A stretch of 64,000 nt of DNA from the human T2T-CHM13v2.0 reference genome, Homo sapiens. Of the stretch, positions 39,901 to 57,245 are shown piece after piece; position 1 is the stretch's first letter, and every line of letters starts with the position of its first letter. The notes under the pieces are model-generated. The model was not told the origin of the DNA, did not search any database, and was given only the letters and a program-made list of their open reading frames with translations. The stretch lies in the NCBI RefSeq assembly GCF_009914755.1, contig NC_060926.1; one strand, given 5' to 3'. The translations under genes were made by a program, and so were the position numbers.

Positions 39901-42402
39901 ACTTTGTTTTCCAGGACACCATATTATTCTTGTTCCTGCTTTCTGGTCATTGCTCTATTTTCTCTGTGGTCTACACTCTGCTTTCATCATGTATGTGGGG
40001 TTCCATCCTAAGCCTTCACACTCTCTGTAAATGATCCCATAATTTATAGTACCACCTATACATTAATGATGCTCAAGAATAGTAAATGTCAGTCACTATT
40101 CTTGAATGGTTTCTATGTTCCAGGTTTTTTTCTAAGTAGTTTAGATGTAATAGTTCACTTGACGTTCAACATCATGAGGTAATTCCTATTATCATTCTGA
40201 TTTTATAGATGAAGAAACTGAGGTACTGAGGCTCCTCATGGTCACAAGCTACCAAGTGGTGGAGACAGAATTCTAACCAGGTGGTTCATCTCAAGAGCTT
40301 GAGTAAAGGACCCAAGGTTGAGGGCCCTCTTTAAGAAAAAGAACACAAAATTACAAATGAAAATTAAGTAGAAAAGTGAATATTAAGAATGGGAATAGAA
40401 ATCATAACACATTATAAATTTGAAATTGCTAATAGAGGTTTCCACTTTTGGTTAAGATGGAATAACAGACCACGTTTACATCTTACCTGAAACAGCCAAA
40501 AACAACATCCAAAAAAGTGAAAAGAATATATAATCCAGTGATTTTTCAAGACAGTGGTTATCAAGTTACAAAGGACAGTGATCACAAAGAAATAAGAAAC
40601 AAATAAAATAAATCTTATAATTACTCTTACTTTATTGAGCATTTCCAGGCTGTAGAGCAAAGAAGAAAATTCCAAATGGAACCTGGTGTACTCCTTGAAT
40701 TGAACAGGCTGAACTGAGAGTCTGTGAAGTCCAAAGCAGCTAGAGTTCATAGATGGACTGCTGGGGAGGAAAGAGCTCCACAGAGAAGGAATTCCAGAGA
40801 TCTGCAGAGGGCTGCCCTTGTGTATTGGCAGAGTACTAATCAGTGCATGTGTATGAGAAAACTACACAGGGCCAAAGAAAGAATCACCCAAAAGGATATC
40901 TAGTGTTTGTACAGGGCCAAGAATAGTATTTCTTTCTACCAGCCATATTGGAAACCATCAGAATTCTCAAAGCATTAGGTAGAATACTCAGAAATGTATA
41001 GTCTCTGTGGTGGGAAGTAGTTAGCTCTAGAAAAAACCATGGTCTTCCCTAATGTTAAAAAAAAATCTTGAAAGATGGCTGAGTAGGAATAGCTCTGGTC
41101 TGCAGCTCCCAGCGAGACTGACGCAGAAAGTGAGTGATTTCTCCATTTCCAATTGAGGTACCTGATTCATCTCATTGGGACTGGTTGGACAGTGAGTGCA
41201 GCCCATGGAGAGCGAGCCGAAGCAGGGTGGGGCATCTCCTTACCCAGGAAACGCAAAGGGTCAGGGAATTCTCTCTCCAACCCAAAGGAAGCTGTGAGAC
41301 TGTGCATGAGGAACGGTGCACTCCGGCCCAGATACTGCGCTTTTCCCAGTCTTCGCAACCCACAGACCAGGAGATTCCCTCTGGTGCCTATGCCACCAGG
41401 GCCCTGGGTATCAAGCACAAAACTGGGTGGCTGTTTGGGCAGACACCAAGCTAGCTGCAGGAGATTTTTTTTGTTTTCCCATACCCAGTGGTGCCTGGAA
41501 TGCCAGCGAGACAGAACCATTCACTCCCCTGGAAAGGGGGCTGAAGCCAGGGAGCCAAGTGGTCTGGCTCGGCGAGTCCCACCCTCACGGAGCCCAGCAA
41601 GCTAAGATCCACTAGCTTGAAATTCTCGCTGCCAGCAAAGCAGTCTGAGGTTGACCTGGGATGCTTGAGCTTGGTGGGGAGACGGGCATCTGCCAATGCT
41701 GAGGCCTGAGTAGGCAGTTTTACCCTCACAGTGTAAACAAAGCCACCAGGAAGTTTGAACTGGGCGGAGCCCACCACAGCTCAGCAAGGCTGCTGTGGCC
41801 AGACTGCCTCTCTAGATTCCTCCTCTCTGGGCAGGCTATCTCTGAAAAAAAGGCAGCAGCGCCAGTCAGGGACTTAGAGATATAACCCCCATCTCCCTGA
41901 GACAGAGCACCTGGGGAAAGGGGAGGCTGTGGGTGCAGCTTCAACAGACTTAAATGTTCCTACCTGATGGCCCTGAAGAGATCAGTGGATCTCCCAGCAC
42001 AGTGTTCGAGCTCTAATAAGGGTCAGACTGTCTCCTCAAGTGGGTCCCTGACCCCCGTGTATCCTGACGGGGAGACACCTCCCAGTAGGGGCTGACAAAC
42101 ACCTCCTACAGGAGAGCTCTGGCTGGCATCTGGCGGCTGCCCCTCTGGGACAAAGCTTCCAGAGGAAGGAATAGGCAGCAATCTTTGCTGTTCTTCAGCC
42201 TATGCTGGTGATACCCAGGCAAATAGGGTCTGGAGTGGACCTCCAACGAACTCCAGCAGACCTGCAGCAGAGGGACCTAACTGTTAGAAGGAAAACTAAA
42301 ACAGAAAGGACTAGCATCAACATCAACAAAAAGGACATCCACTCAGAGACCCCATCTGAAGGTCACCAACATCAAAGACCAAAGGTAGGTAAATCCACGA
42401 AG

Positions 42403-43429
42403 ATGGAGAGAAACCAGCAGAAAAAGGCTGAAAATTCCAAAAACCAGAATGCCTCTTCTCCTCCAAAGGATCACAACTCCTCGCCAGCAAGGAAACAAAA
42501 CTGGATGGAGAATGAGTTTGATGAATTGACAGAAGTAGGCTTCAGAAGGTGGGTAATAACAAACTCCTCCGAGCTAAAGGAGCACCTTCTAACCCAATTC
42601 AAGGAAGGTAAGAGCCTTCAAAAAAGGTTAGATGAATTGCTAACTAGAATAACCAGTTTAGAGAAGAACATAAATGACCTGATGAAGCTTGAAAAACACA
42701 GCACAAGAACTTTGTGAAGGATACACAAGTATCAATAGCTGAATCGGTCAAGCAGAAGGAAGGATATCAGAGATTAAAGATCAACTTAACAAAATAAAGT
42801 GAGAAGACAAGATTAGAGAAAAAAGAATGAAAAGGAACAAACAAAACCTCCAAAAAATATGAGACTCTGTGAAAAGACCAAATCTACGTTCGATTGGTGT
42901 ACCTGAAAGTGACGGGGAGAATGGAACCAAGTTGGAAAACACTCTGCAGGATATTATCCAGGAGAACTTCCCCAACCTAGCAAGACAGGCCAACATTCAA
43001 ATTCAGGAAATACAGAGACCACCACAAAGATACTCCTTGAGAAGAGCAACCCCAAGACACATAATCATCAGATTCACCAAGGTTGAAATGAAGGAAAAAA
43101 TGTTAAGGGCAGCCAGAGAGAAAGGTTGGGTTACCCACAAAGGCAAGCCCATCAGACTAACAGCAGATGTCTCTGCAGAAACCCTACAAGCCAGAAGAGA
43201 GTGGGGGTCAGTATTCAACATTCTTAAAGAAAAGAATTTTCAACCCAGAATTTCATATCCAGCCAAACTAAGCTTCATAAGTGAAGGAGAAATAGAATCC
43301 TTTACAGACAAGCAAATGCTGAGAGATTTTGTCACCACCAGGCCTGCCTTACAAAAGCTCCTGAAGGAAGCACTAAACATGGAAAGGAACAACTGGTACC
43401 AACCACTGCAAAAACATGCCAAATTGTAA
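42403..43429 (+). pseudogene. L1 ORF1p remnant
   Basis: MERNQQKKAENSKNQ...; RPNLR, ARREW, YPAKLSF motifs; frameshift near 42690 and stops. Confidence 0.93.
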
Positions 43430-43492
43430 AGACCATCAACACTGTGAAGAAACTGCATCAACTAATGGGCAAAATAACCAGCTAGCATCATA

Positions 43493-47319
<3,827 letters not shown>

Positions 47320-47881
47320 ACAATGAGAACACATGGACACAGGGAGGGGAACATCGCACACTGGGGCCTGTAAGGGGGGTTTAGGGGGACAGGGGAGGGA
47401 TAACATTAAGAGAAATACCTAATGTAGGTGATGGGTTGATGGGTGCAGCAAACCACCATGGCACATGTATACCTACATAACAAAACTGCATGTTCTGCAC
47501 ATGTACCCCAGAACTTAAAGTATAATTAAAAAAAAAACACACAACACACAAATCCAAAGGAGAAAAAAAATCTTAAGAACTCAAAATGACTGGCATCTAA
47601 TAAATTACCAGGTATATAAAGCAGAGGGAAAATATGACTTATAATAATGAGAAAACCAATTGAAATTGACCCAGAACTCATATAGATGTTAGAATTGATA
47701 GGTAAAGACATAAAAACAGTTTTTTTAACAACTGCATTACATATGTTTATAATAGTAAATAGAGACATGAAAGATATTTTAAAAAATCAAATTGAATCTC
47801 TAGAGATGAAAACTCTCATTTCTTTTCTATAAAAGTCCGTTAGAGGGAATTAATGGTAAATTAGACACTGCAGAAGAAAAG

Positions 47882-50800
47882 CTGCATGGAGACTATACTA
47901 CTGCACTTACCTAGAAACAGAGTCTCCACACCCTTCCTAACCAACCCACTAAGATTCAACTGTAGGTGAAAGTCTTTCTCTATGAAAGCCACTCTAGATA
48001 GATTGGAAGAGGCAATTCCACCAGATGCACAGACTTCAATGCAGAGACATAAGAAACATGAAAAAACAAAGAATTATGACACTACAAAGGAACGTAATAA
48101 ATCTTTAGTAACAGACTCCAATAAAAAAAAATTGACAAATTGCTGGAAACGATTTTCAAAATGATGATCTTAAGGAAACTCAAAATGGGATACAAGAAAA
48201 TACAGATAGACAATTGGAAAGACAATGAAATCATGAAAACAATTTATGTTATGAACAAGAAATTCAACAAAGAATTAGATAACATACAAAAGCCAAAACA
48301 GAAATTTTATAGCTGAAAAATTCAATAAATAAAATAAAAAATACAATCAAGAGGTTCTGCAGCAGACTTGATCAAGCAGAAGAAAGTGTCCCTGAACTTG
48401 AAGATAGATTGTTTGGAATTGCCCAGCTAGAGAAAAAAAAAAAAAAAAAAAAAAGAAATAAGAATAAAAATAGAGAACAAAGCCTATAAGACTTATGGGA
48501 CAGCAAATTTAAAAGAATTTAAATTATATCCAGTATATTTTCTGACCACAATGGAATAAAATTAGAAATCAATAACAAGAGGAACTTTTGAAACTGTACA
48601 AATACATGGAAATTAACATGTTTCTGAAAGACCAAGGGGTAAATGAAGAAATTAAGAAGGAAATTTAAAAATTTCTTAAATGAAAATAGAAATACAACAT
48701 AACAACCTATGGGATACAGCAAAAGCAGTATGAAGAGGGAAGTTTATAGTAATAAATGCCTACATCAAAAAAGTAGAATAATTTCAAATAAGCAACTTAA
48801 TGATGCATCTCAAGGAACTAGAAAAGCAAGAACAAACCAAACCCCAAATAAGTAGAAGGAAAGAAAGAATAAAGATCAGAGTATAAATTTTTAAAAATTG
48901 AAATGCTTTTACACTGTTGGTGGGAGGTAAATTAGTTCAACCATTGTGGAAGACAGTGTGGCGATTCCTCAAGGATCTAGAACTAGAAATACCATTTGAC
49001 CCAGCAATCCCATTACTGGGTATATACACAAAGGATTATAAATCATTCTACTATAAAGACACATGTGCATGTATGTTTATTACGCCACTATTCACAATAG
49101 CAAAGACTTGGAACCAACCCAAATGTCCACCAATGATAGACTGGATTAAGAAGATGTGGTACATATACACCATGGAATAGTATGCAGCCATAAGAAAGGA
49201 TGAGTTCATGTCCTTTGTAGGGACGTGGATGAAGCTGGAAACTACCATTCTCAGAAAACTATCACCAGGACAGTAAACCAAACCCCACGTGTTCTCACTT
49301 ATAGGTGAGAATTCAACAATGAGAACACCTGGACACAGGGCGGGGGAAACATCACACACTGGGGCCTGTGGGGGGTGGTGGGGGGAGCAGGAGGAGGGAT
49401 AGTATTAGAAGAAATACCTAATGTAAATGACGAGTTGATGGATGCAGCAAACCACCATGGCACATGTATACCTATGTAACAAACCTGCACATTGTGCACA
49501 TGTACCCTAGAACTTAAAGTATAATTTAAAAAAATTGAGACAAAAATACAAAATATTAAAAAAGTGAAAAGTTGCTTTTTAAAAACATAGAAATAAACCA
49601 TTAGCTAGACTAACCAAGAAAAAAGAGAAAAGATCCAAATAAATAAAAACAGAAACATATTTACAACTGATACCACAGAAATACAAAGGATCATTAGAAA
49701 CTATTACAAACAACTATATGCCAGAAAATTGGAAAACCTAATAGAAATAGATGAATTCCAGGAAACATACAACTTACTAAGATTGAACCAAGATGAAATA
49801 GAAGGCCTAAACAGACTAATTACAAGAAACAAGGTTGAATTAGTAATAAAAGGTCTCCAATCAAAGAAAAGCCCAGGACCTCATGGTTTCATTGATGAAT
49901 TCTATCAAACTTTTAAAGCAGAAGTAATACCAATTCTTCTCAAACTCTTCCAGAAAATTGAAGAGGAGGAAATTCTTTCAAACTCATTCTATGAGGCTAA
50001 CACTACACTGATACAAAAACAGACAAGTACACAACAAAAAAAGAGAAAATCATAGGCCAATATCCCTAATGAACATAGATGCAAAATACTCAACAAAACA
50101 CTAGCAAACTGAATCCAGCAGTATATTAACATGGTCGTTCATCATGACCAAGTGGGATTTATCCCAGGGAGGTGAGGATGGTTCAACATTTGTGAATCAA
50201 TAAACATGATACATCACATCAACAGAATGAAGGACAAAGCCATATGATAATTTCAATAGATGCAGAAAATGCATTAAGTAACATTCAAGATCCTTTGATA
50301 ATAAAAATTCCCAATAAACAGGTATAGAAGGAGTGTATCTCAACACAATGAAGGCCATATATGACAAACCCACAGGTAACATTATAGTGAAAAGCTTTTA
50401 GCTTTTTCTCTAAGAACCGAAACAAGACAAAAATGCCCACTCTCGCCACTCTTATTCAACATAGAACTGGAAGTCCTAGCCAGAGCAATTAGGCAAGGAA
50501 AAGAAATAATGGGCATCTAAATAAAAAAGGAGAGAGTAAAAATATCCCTATTTGCAGATGACATTATTTTATATCTAGAAAACCCTAAAAGCTTCACAAA
50601 ATACTCTTAGAACTGATAAACAGATTCGGTAAAGTTTCAGGATAAAAAAAATCAATGTACAAAAATCAGCAGCATTTCTATATACCAACAATGAACCTGA
50701 GGAAAAATAAATCCAGAAAGTAATCTCATTTACAATATCTACAAAAAAAATACCTAGGAATAAATTCAACCAGGGGGGTAAAATCTCACTACAAAGAAAA

Positions 50801-52604
50801 CTATCAAACACTTATGAAAGAATTGAAGAGGTAACAAAAAAATAGAAAAGCATCCCACGTTCATGGATTGGAAAAACTAAAAATTGTGAAAAATTATTAT
50901 ACTACCAAAAGCGATGTACACATTCAATGCAATCCCTATCAAAATACCAATGACATTCTTCACATAAATAGAAAAACAATCTTAAAATTCATATGGAATT
51001 ACAAAAGGTCTCAAATAGCCAAAGCAATCGTAGCAAAATGAACAAGGCTGAAGGAGTCACACTTCCTGATATCAAAATGTACTACAAAGTTATAGTAATC
51101 CAAAGAACATGGCACTGGCATAAAAATAGGCACATAGACCAATTGAACAGATTAGAGAACCCAGAAATAAATCCACATATTTACAGCCAACTGATTTTTG
51201 ACAAAGGTGCCAAGAACATTTAGTGGGGAAATGAAAACCTCTTCAATAAATGGCGCTGGGAAAATTGAATATCTATATGCTGAAAAATGAAAGTAGACTC
51301 TTATCTCTCACTATATACAAAAATCAAATGAAGGTGGATTAAATACTTAAATGTAAGACCTTAACTATGAAACTACTAGAAGAAAACACTGGGGAAATGA
51401 TCTAGGACATTGATCTGGGCAAAGATTTTTTGGGTAAGACCTCAAAAGTATAGGCAACAAAGGCCAAAAAAGACAAATGGTATTATGTCAAGCTAAATAC
51501 CATCCATGCAGCAAAGCGAATAATCTACAGAGTGAAGAGACAACCTGTAGAATGGGAGAAAATATTTGCAAACTATCCATCCAACAAGGGGTTAGTAACT
51601 ACAAAATATAAGGGACTCAACCCAATATCAGAAAAACAATTCAATTTCAAAATGGACAAATGATCTGAATATACATTTCTCAAAAGAAGACATATCAATG
51701 GCCAACAAGCATATGAAAAAATGCTCAACATCAATCATCAGGGAAATGAAAATAAAAACCACAATGAGATATCATCTCACTCCAGTTAAAATAGCTATTA
51801 TCAAAAAGACAAAAAATAATAGACACCGGTGAGGATGTTGTGAAAGAGAAATGCTAGTATCCTGCTGGTGGGAATGTAAATTAGTACTGCCACTTGGAAA
51901 ACAATATTGAAGTTCCTCAAAAAACAGAAAATACATCTACCACATCATCCAGCAATCCCACTGCTGGCTAGATAGAAAGCAATCTCACAACTGGGTTAAA
52001 AAAAGAAAATCAGTACATTGAAGAGATATCTGCATGTCCATGTTTATTGTAGCAGTATTCACAATAGCCAAGATATGGAATCAACCTACGTATGAATGAA
52101 GAAAGTGTAGTATAATATATACAATGGAATATTATTCAGCTATAAAAAAGAATGAAATATTGTCATTTGCAGCAACATGGATAGAACTTGAGGTCATTAT
52201 GTTAAGTGAAATAAGCCAGGCACAGAAAGACAAATATTACATGTTCTCACCCATATATGGGAGCTAAAAAAGTTGATCTCATGGAGAAAGAATGGTGGTT
52301 ACCAGAGGCTGCGAAGGGGGAGGGGAATGAAGACAGGTTGGCTAATGGATACAAAAATACAGGTAAATAGAAGGCGTTAAGTTCCAGTGTTTGATAGCAT
52401 GGTAGGATGACTATAGTTAACAATAATTTATTGTATATTTCGAAATAACTACAAGAGATTTTAAATATCCCCAACACAAAGGAATAATAAATGTTTAAGG
52501 TGATGTACATCTTAATTACCTTATTTGATCATTACACATTATGCACATGTATCAAAATATATATACCCCATAAATATGTACAATTATTATGTACCGACAA
52601 AAAA
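47882..52604 (+). mobile_element. L1MA-type element with internal ORF1/ORF2 deletion
   Basis: Partial 5' UTR and ORF1 start, jump to late EN domain near 48500, ORF2 to ~52270, L1MA-type 3' UTR ('gatcattacacatt...ccccataaatatgtacaattattatgt'). Confidence 0.85.
48902..49529 (+). mobile_element. 5'-truncated L1PA (PA5-PA7-like) nested in the L1MA
   Basis: L1PA 3' 630 bp; TSD AAAAATTGA at 48893-48901 and 49530-49538. Confidence 0.92.
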
Positions 52605-53366
52605 GTCATTTCTTAAACATGAAGCCAGTGAGTTCTTTGAGAGAACATAAAAATCCTAAATGTTTATGCACTAAATAACAATGCTTTAAAAGATGCAAAG
52701 TGAAAACCAATATAACTGCAAGGAGAAATAGACAAACTCCAATTATAGCCAGAGATTTCAAAATCCCTAACTTAATAGGATAAGTAGAAAAAATAGGAAA
52801 ATAAAAATACAGAAGACTTGATCAATAGTATCAACTAACTTGATCTAACTGACATTAAGAGACCACTCCACCTAATAACAGCAGAATACATATTCTCTTC
52901 ACAGTCCATTTACCAAGATAAATCATATTCTGCAGCATAAAACAGTTCTCAGTAAATTTTAAAAGATTCAAGTCACATAATGAATGTACTCTGACTATAA
53001 TGGATTTAAATAAGAAAACAACAAAAGAAAGACTTCTGGAAAACCTCTAAATTTTTGGAAACTAAAGAACATATCTCTACATGGGTCAAAAAAGAAATCA
53101 AAAGGAAAATTAGAAAGTATTTTAAACTAAATGAAAATAAAGCCACAGCCTATCAAGAAGCAGGTGGGGAAGGGTTACAATAGCTTATAAAGGGTCCCAC
53201 AGAAAGTTTTGAGAGCGATGGCTATATTCACTATCTTGATAATGATGTATGAGTGTGAGAATTTCATGGGTTTATAGAAATGTCAAAACATCAAATTGTG
53301 CCCTCCAAATGCATGCAGTTTGTTCTATGTCAGTTATACCTCAACAAAGTAGTTAATGAAAAGTCA

Positions 53367-53678
<312 letters not shown>

Positions 53679-54139
53679 GGCTGACAGATGCTGCAAAAGT
53701 AAAACTATCCAGAAAAATAACATATCTTATTAGCCTTCTGACACATCTGTAAAGTACTTCCCTAAAATCTTTACTGAATACTCTTTCTTTATGAAAGTTT
53801 TGTAACATTATTTTCAACCAACAGAATAGAAATAATTCAGCTTTTCTTTTATCACTGTTGATCAAAGTTGGGTTTTATTTATATCTGAGGAAAATTTTAA
53901 ACTAACTCCATTGGTGGCAATCATGCATTCTACTTTGGTATCCTCAGATGTCATCAGGATAAGGTGAGTCAAATACACTAAATTAGGATTTGCTGTGATG
54001 TAAAAGCATATGTTTTCATCTACAGCAGCACTTGCTGTTTTTAATGCTGCTGTAGTATTGTGCCTTACCAACACAGGAATGCTAGTATATTCTACTTTGT
54101 GTGATTCCAATTGTATATGCTGCATTTTAAAGTACAATT

Positions 54140-55375
54140 TTTGAGGGCCTATAGGTGCCAGGTACTATTCTAAGTGCTTCAGGTGTAGCAGTGAATGAGA
54201 CTGGCAAAAAATCCTTGTCCTTATTGAGCATAGATTTTACTGACAGGAGAAAGAAAATTAATAAAAATCATGTATAGTATGTTATATTGTTGAATGCTAT
54301 GGTGAGAAAAAAAGTAGGAAATGAGGATGGAAGTTGTATACAACATGGTCTGGGGCAGCCTCACTGAGTGGATAACTTTTGAGAAAAGATCTGAAGAATC
54401 CAAGGCAGTGGGCCACAGGAGTAACTAGTGGGACAGTGTTTCAGGTAGAGAGACAGTGTGTGCAAAGGCCGAGGCTGGCCTGTGTGTGGAGTGTTGAGGA
54501 CCAGAGTAGTTTCAGGGGTGTGAGAAACATGAGAGCAGAAGGAGGGGCAATCAGAAAGGGGAAGTGACAGATTCGGGAGCAGTGTAGTTTGGACTCAGGA
54601 TGAGCTGGGACTCTTTGGAAGATTTTGAGCGGAGGGGTGATGTGATGTGATTTGTGTTTTAACAGCATCACTGCAGGGGGTTGAAGACCAAGCCCTAAAA
54701 GATATGTCCAAATCTAGATATGTCCATGTCTAAGACTAGATATATCCTAGTACCTGTGAATGTGACCTTATTTGGAAATACGGTCTTTGCAGATGTAACT
54801 AAGTTAGGGATCTCAAGATGAGATCATACTAGGTTCAGGGTAAGCCCTAAACCCAGTGACTGGTGGGAGATAAGGAGTGAACACAGCTGCAGAGAAGAAG
54901 GTAATGGGAAAACACAGGCTGACGCCTGAGCGATGCGTCTAAGAACCAAAGACTCCAAGGCTCACCAGCACCCACCAGCAGCTAGGAGAGAGGTGTGGAA
55001 CATCTAAGACCTTCCCCCTACAGCCTCTAGAGGAAACCAACCCTACCAAAACCTTAATCACAGACTTCCGGCCTCCAGAACTGTAAAAGAATAAATTTCC
55101 GTTGTTTTAATCCCTCAAGTTTGTGGTAATTTGTTCCAGCAGTCCTCATTAATGAACGCAATCTTGTTGGCTTCTGGATGGAGAACTGACTCTCAGGGAA
55201 GCCAAGGACACCCCTGAGGAGGCCACTGCAGTGATCCAAGTGAGGCCTGCTGTTTAGATCACAGTGGTGGCAGCAGAGTGGGGAGAATAAGTAGAATCCT
55301 GAAAATATGTTGCAGATAGAACTCAGAGGATTTGTTGGCAGGTTGGAGGTGGGGCATGAGAGAAAAAGTTTTTAG
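54140..55375 (+). mobile_element. L2a-like element interrupted by an MLT1 LTR
   Basis: 'ttgagggcctataggtgccaggtactattctaagtgct...gcagtgaatgagac', 'ttttaacagcatcact'; resumes after 55150. The strand given is the strand on which these motifs were read; element orientation not verified. Confidence 0.7.
54672..55160 (+). mobile_element. MLT1B/C solo LTR
   Basis: 'cctgtgaatgtgaccttatttggaaata...gtctttgcagatgtaa', 'ggcctccagaactgtaaaagaataaattt'. Confidence 0.85.
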
Positions 55376-55419
55376 AAAGGTGTGTGGAGCCTCAGTAGCC
55401 AAAGACGTGGGCAGTGCTG

Positions 55420-55921
55420 GTTCTTAAGTTTATGCTTCTCACCCAGTGTTTCTGCAAACCAGTCTTCATTTTTCCCAGCCCCTGCTCCATGTTCAGCAGA
55501 GCTAGAGGGAGATACAAGCCTGGGGAGAGAGAAGAGACGTGTTCCGCTGTGTTGACTTCCTGTCCCTGTCAGCAACACTACCACAGGAGCTAGTTCCAAA
55601 TTCTAGCTTTTCCTCACACTCCCGGAGCGGCCTCACTGGGCCCCTCTGAGGTAGCAGCACCCACTGGCCCTCGTGCCCTCCTCAGTGGTCTAACTCTGTG
55701 GGTCCCTCCTTGAGACTGCAGGCTTTTGATGAGCCCAGCTCTTCTCTCTGTTCCCCCAGCCCTCCAGGCGGAGGCTGCTTCCTACAGTTACAACCTCTGT
55801 GCTGCCTCGGGGCCCCCTTTTGCCTTTCAGACCTCTAATACCTGATTAACAATTATTTATATTAAACTCTGTGAGAATAATGGTGTGATTTCTAGTTCTC
55901 AAACAGACTCTGACTAATGCA
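55420..55921 (+). mobile_element. ERVL-type solo LTR (LTR33/LTR16-like)
   Basis: 'ggctgcttcctacagtt', 'tatattaaactct', terminal 'ctctgactaatgca'. Confidence 0.6.
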
Positions 55922-56785
55922 GAAAGCATCAATGATCCCAAGAAAATCCTGAGCCACAGGAAGCACAGAGTTGCCATAGACAAGGCTGTGAACAGCAGGT
56001 TTGGGGCCTGGTTTGGGACCCGTTACATTTAGATGCCTGCTGGACATCATGAGGTGTCTGAGGGAGATCATGAGTGGGCTGTCGGGTATGTGAGTTTTGA
56101 CTCCACGGGAGAGGCCTGGGTTGGAGATGGCCATGCGGAGGCCACAAACATGGGCATTCAGCACTACAGGCCTCCAAGGCAGCCTGGAGACATTCTGGGT
56201 CTTACATTTCTTCTCAGTTCTAGTATCTTAGCACAGATGGCATAGAGAGAGGCTTCGCAAATATTTGTGGAGAAAAGGATACATGGATAAGAGTCAGTGA
56301 ATGGTATTAGTTGAGTTATCGTGCTTACAACAGTAAACAATTTCGAAAAGAAGAAGAAAGTTTCCTAGGAATAGAACCCAGAGGAAAGGGAGGAACACGG
56401 ACACCTCAGAATCGACTTGCATGCATGGCAAGCCGGGTGCACGCACCAGGGTGGCTAGTGTCCAAAGCGGTCATTTTCCCCAACAGCAAGTGTCCCCTTG
56501 GGATTTTTTGGAACCCACGGCCCGGTTTTTCTCAGTCCAAAACTAACATTTGGAAAGAGAGGCTCAGTTCCCAGCACATGAACGTGAACCTCCCCTTTCT
56601 GAGCTTCCTTAGGGGTAAAATGTGGCCTTTCCTGTTGAGTGTTTCTTTTATTCACCCCAGGCCTCACACTTACCTTCCGTTCCGCTTCAAGTTCTGGGGC
56701 ATTATTAATTATTCATCTCTCCCAGTCCTTTTTCTTGGGAGCAGGATTTCCCCTGGTTTAGTCTCATCTTTGGTCAGGTGGAACA

Positions 56786-56792
56786 ATGGCAG
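56786..56792 (+). CDS. Putative start-codon exon end (ATG GCA G|gtaagg)
   Basis: Strong Kozak context (acaATGG) followed directly by consensus donor CAG|GTAAGG; phase matches the exon at 56939. Confidence 0.4.
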
Positions 56793-56938
56793 GTAAGGCC
56801 CTTCCTCCTCTGCCAGGAGCACAGGGAGTGAAAAATAATGCCTGGACCCTGGTACCTCAGGCGGCCCCAGCAGGCTGGCGGCAGGGCCTCGGGTGTCAGG
56901 TGGCTATCATGATTCTGTTTTTTTGCTTGTCGTTGCAG

Positions 56939-56984
56939 CAGCATTGGATGTGAGCAGCGAACGTGCCGAAGAGGACAAAACAAG
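56939..56984 (+). CDS. Putative small coding exon (AALDVSSERAEEDKT[R/S]); gene not identified
   Basis: T-rich tract plus CAGCAG tandem acceptor, donor AAG|GTAAGA, CpG retention, open in phase 1. Confidence 0.55.
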
Positions 56985-57099
56985 GTAAGAGGAAGAATTT
57001 CCAAAGCCACTCATTCCCCCTTGGAGAACTAGACCTGGCTGTTCTTTCTGTCCTGCATTAATTGGTATCATCCTGAAGAAGAAGCTTCCTTTTTAAGAA

Positions 57100-57245
57100 C
57101 ATTACAGCTGCGAGTCATGTGACCGTGATTATGTCAGCTGCGGCATCAGAAGAGTTAAAATTAGTAAGGTTTCAGTAAATTTGACTTAAACTATGATTGA
57201 AAACTGCTGCGTACCCCTCCGCCTGCACGTTCCGGTAAACTGCCT
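57100..57245. promoter_or_regulatory. Candidate enhancer or promoter motif cluster
   Basis: CAGCTG at 57105-10 and 57135-40 flank GTCATGTGAC at 57114-23; locally elevated CpG; no repeats recognised. Confidence 0.35.

Noticed and set aside
47538-47562. Possible 3' transduction between the L1 poly(A) and the TSD
   Set aside because: Only 25 nt and A/C-rich; more simply a decayed poly(A) tail.
56311-56796. 161-aa ORF upstream of the candidate exons
   Set aside because: TTG start, no recognisable domain, and a different frame from the Kozak ATG at 56786.
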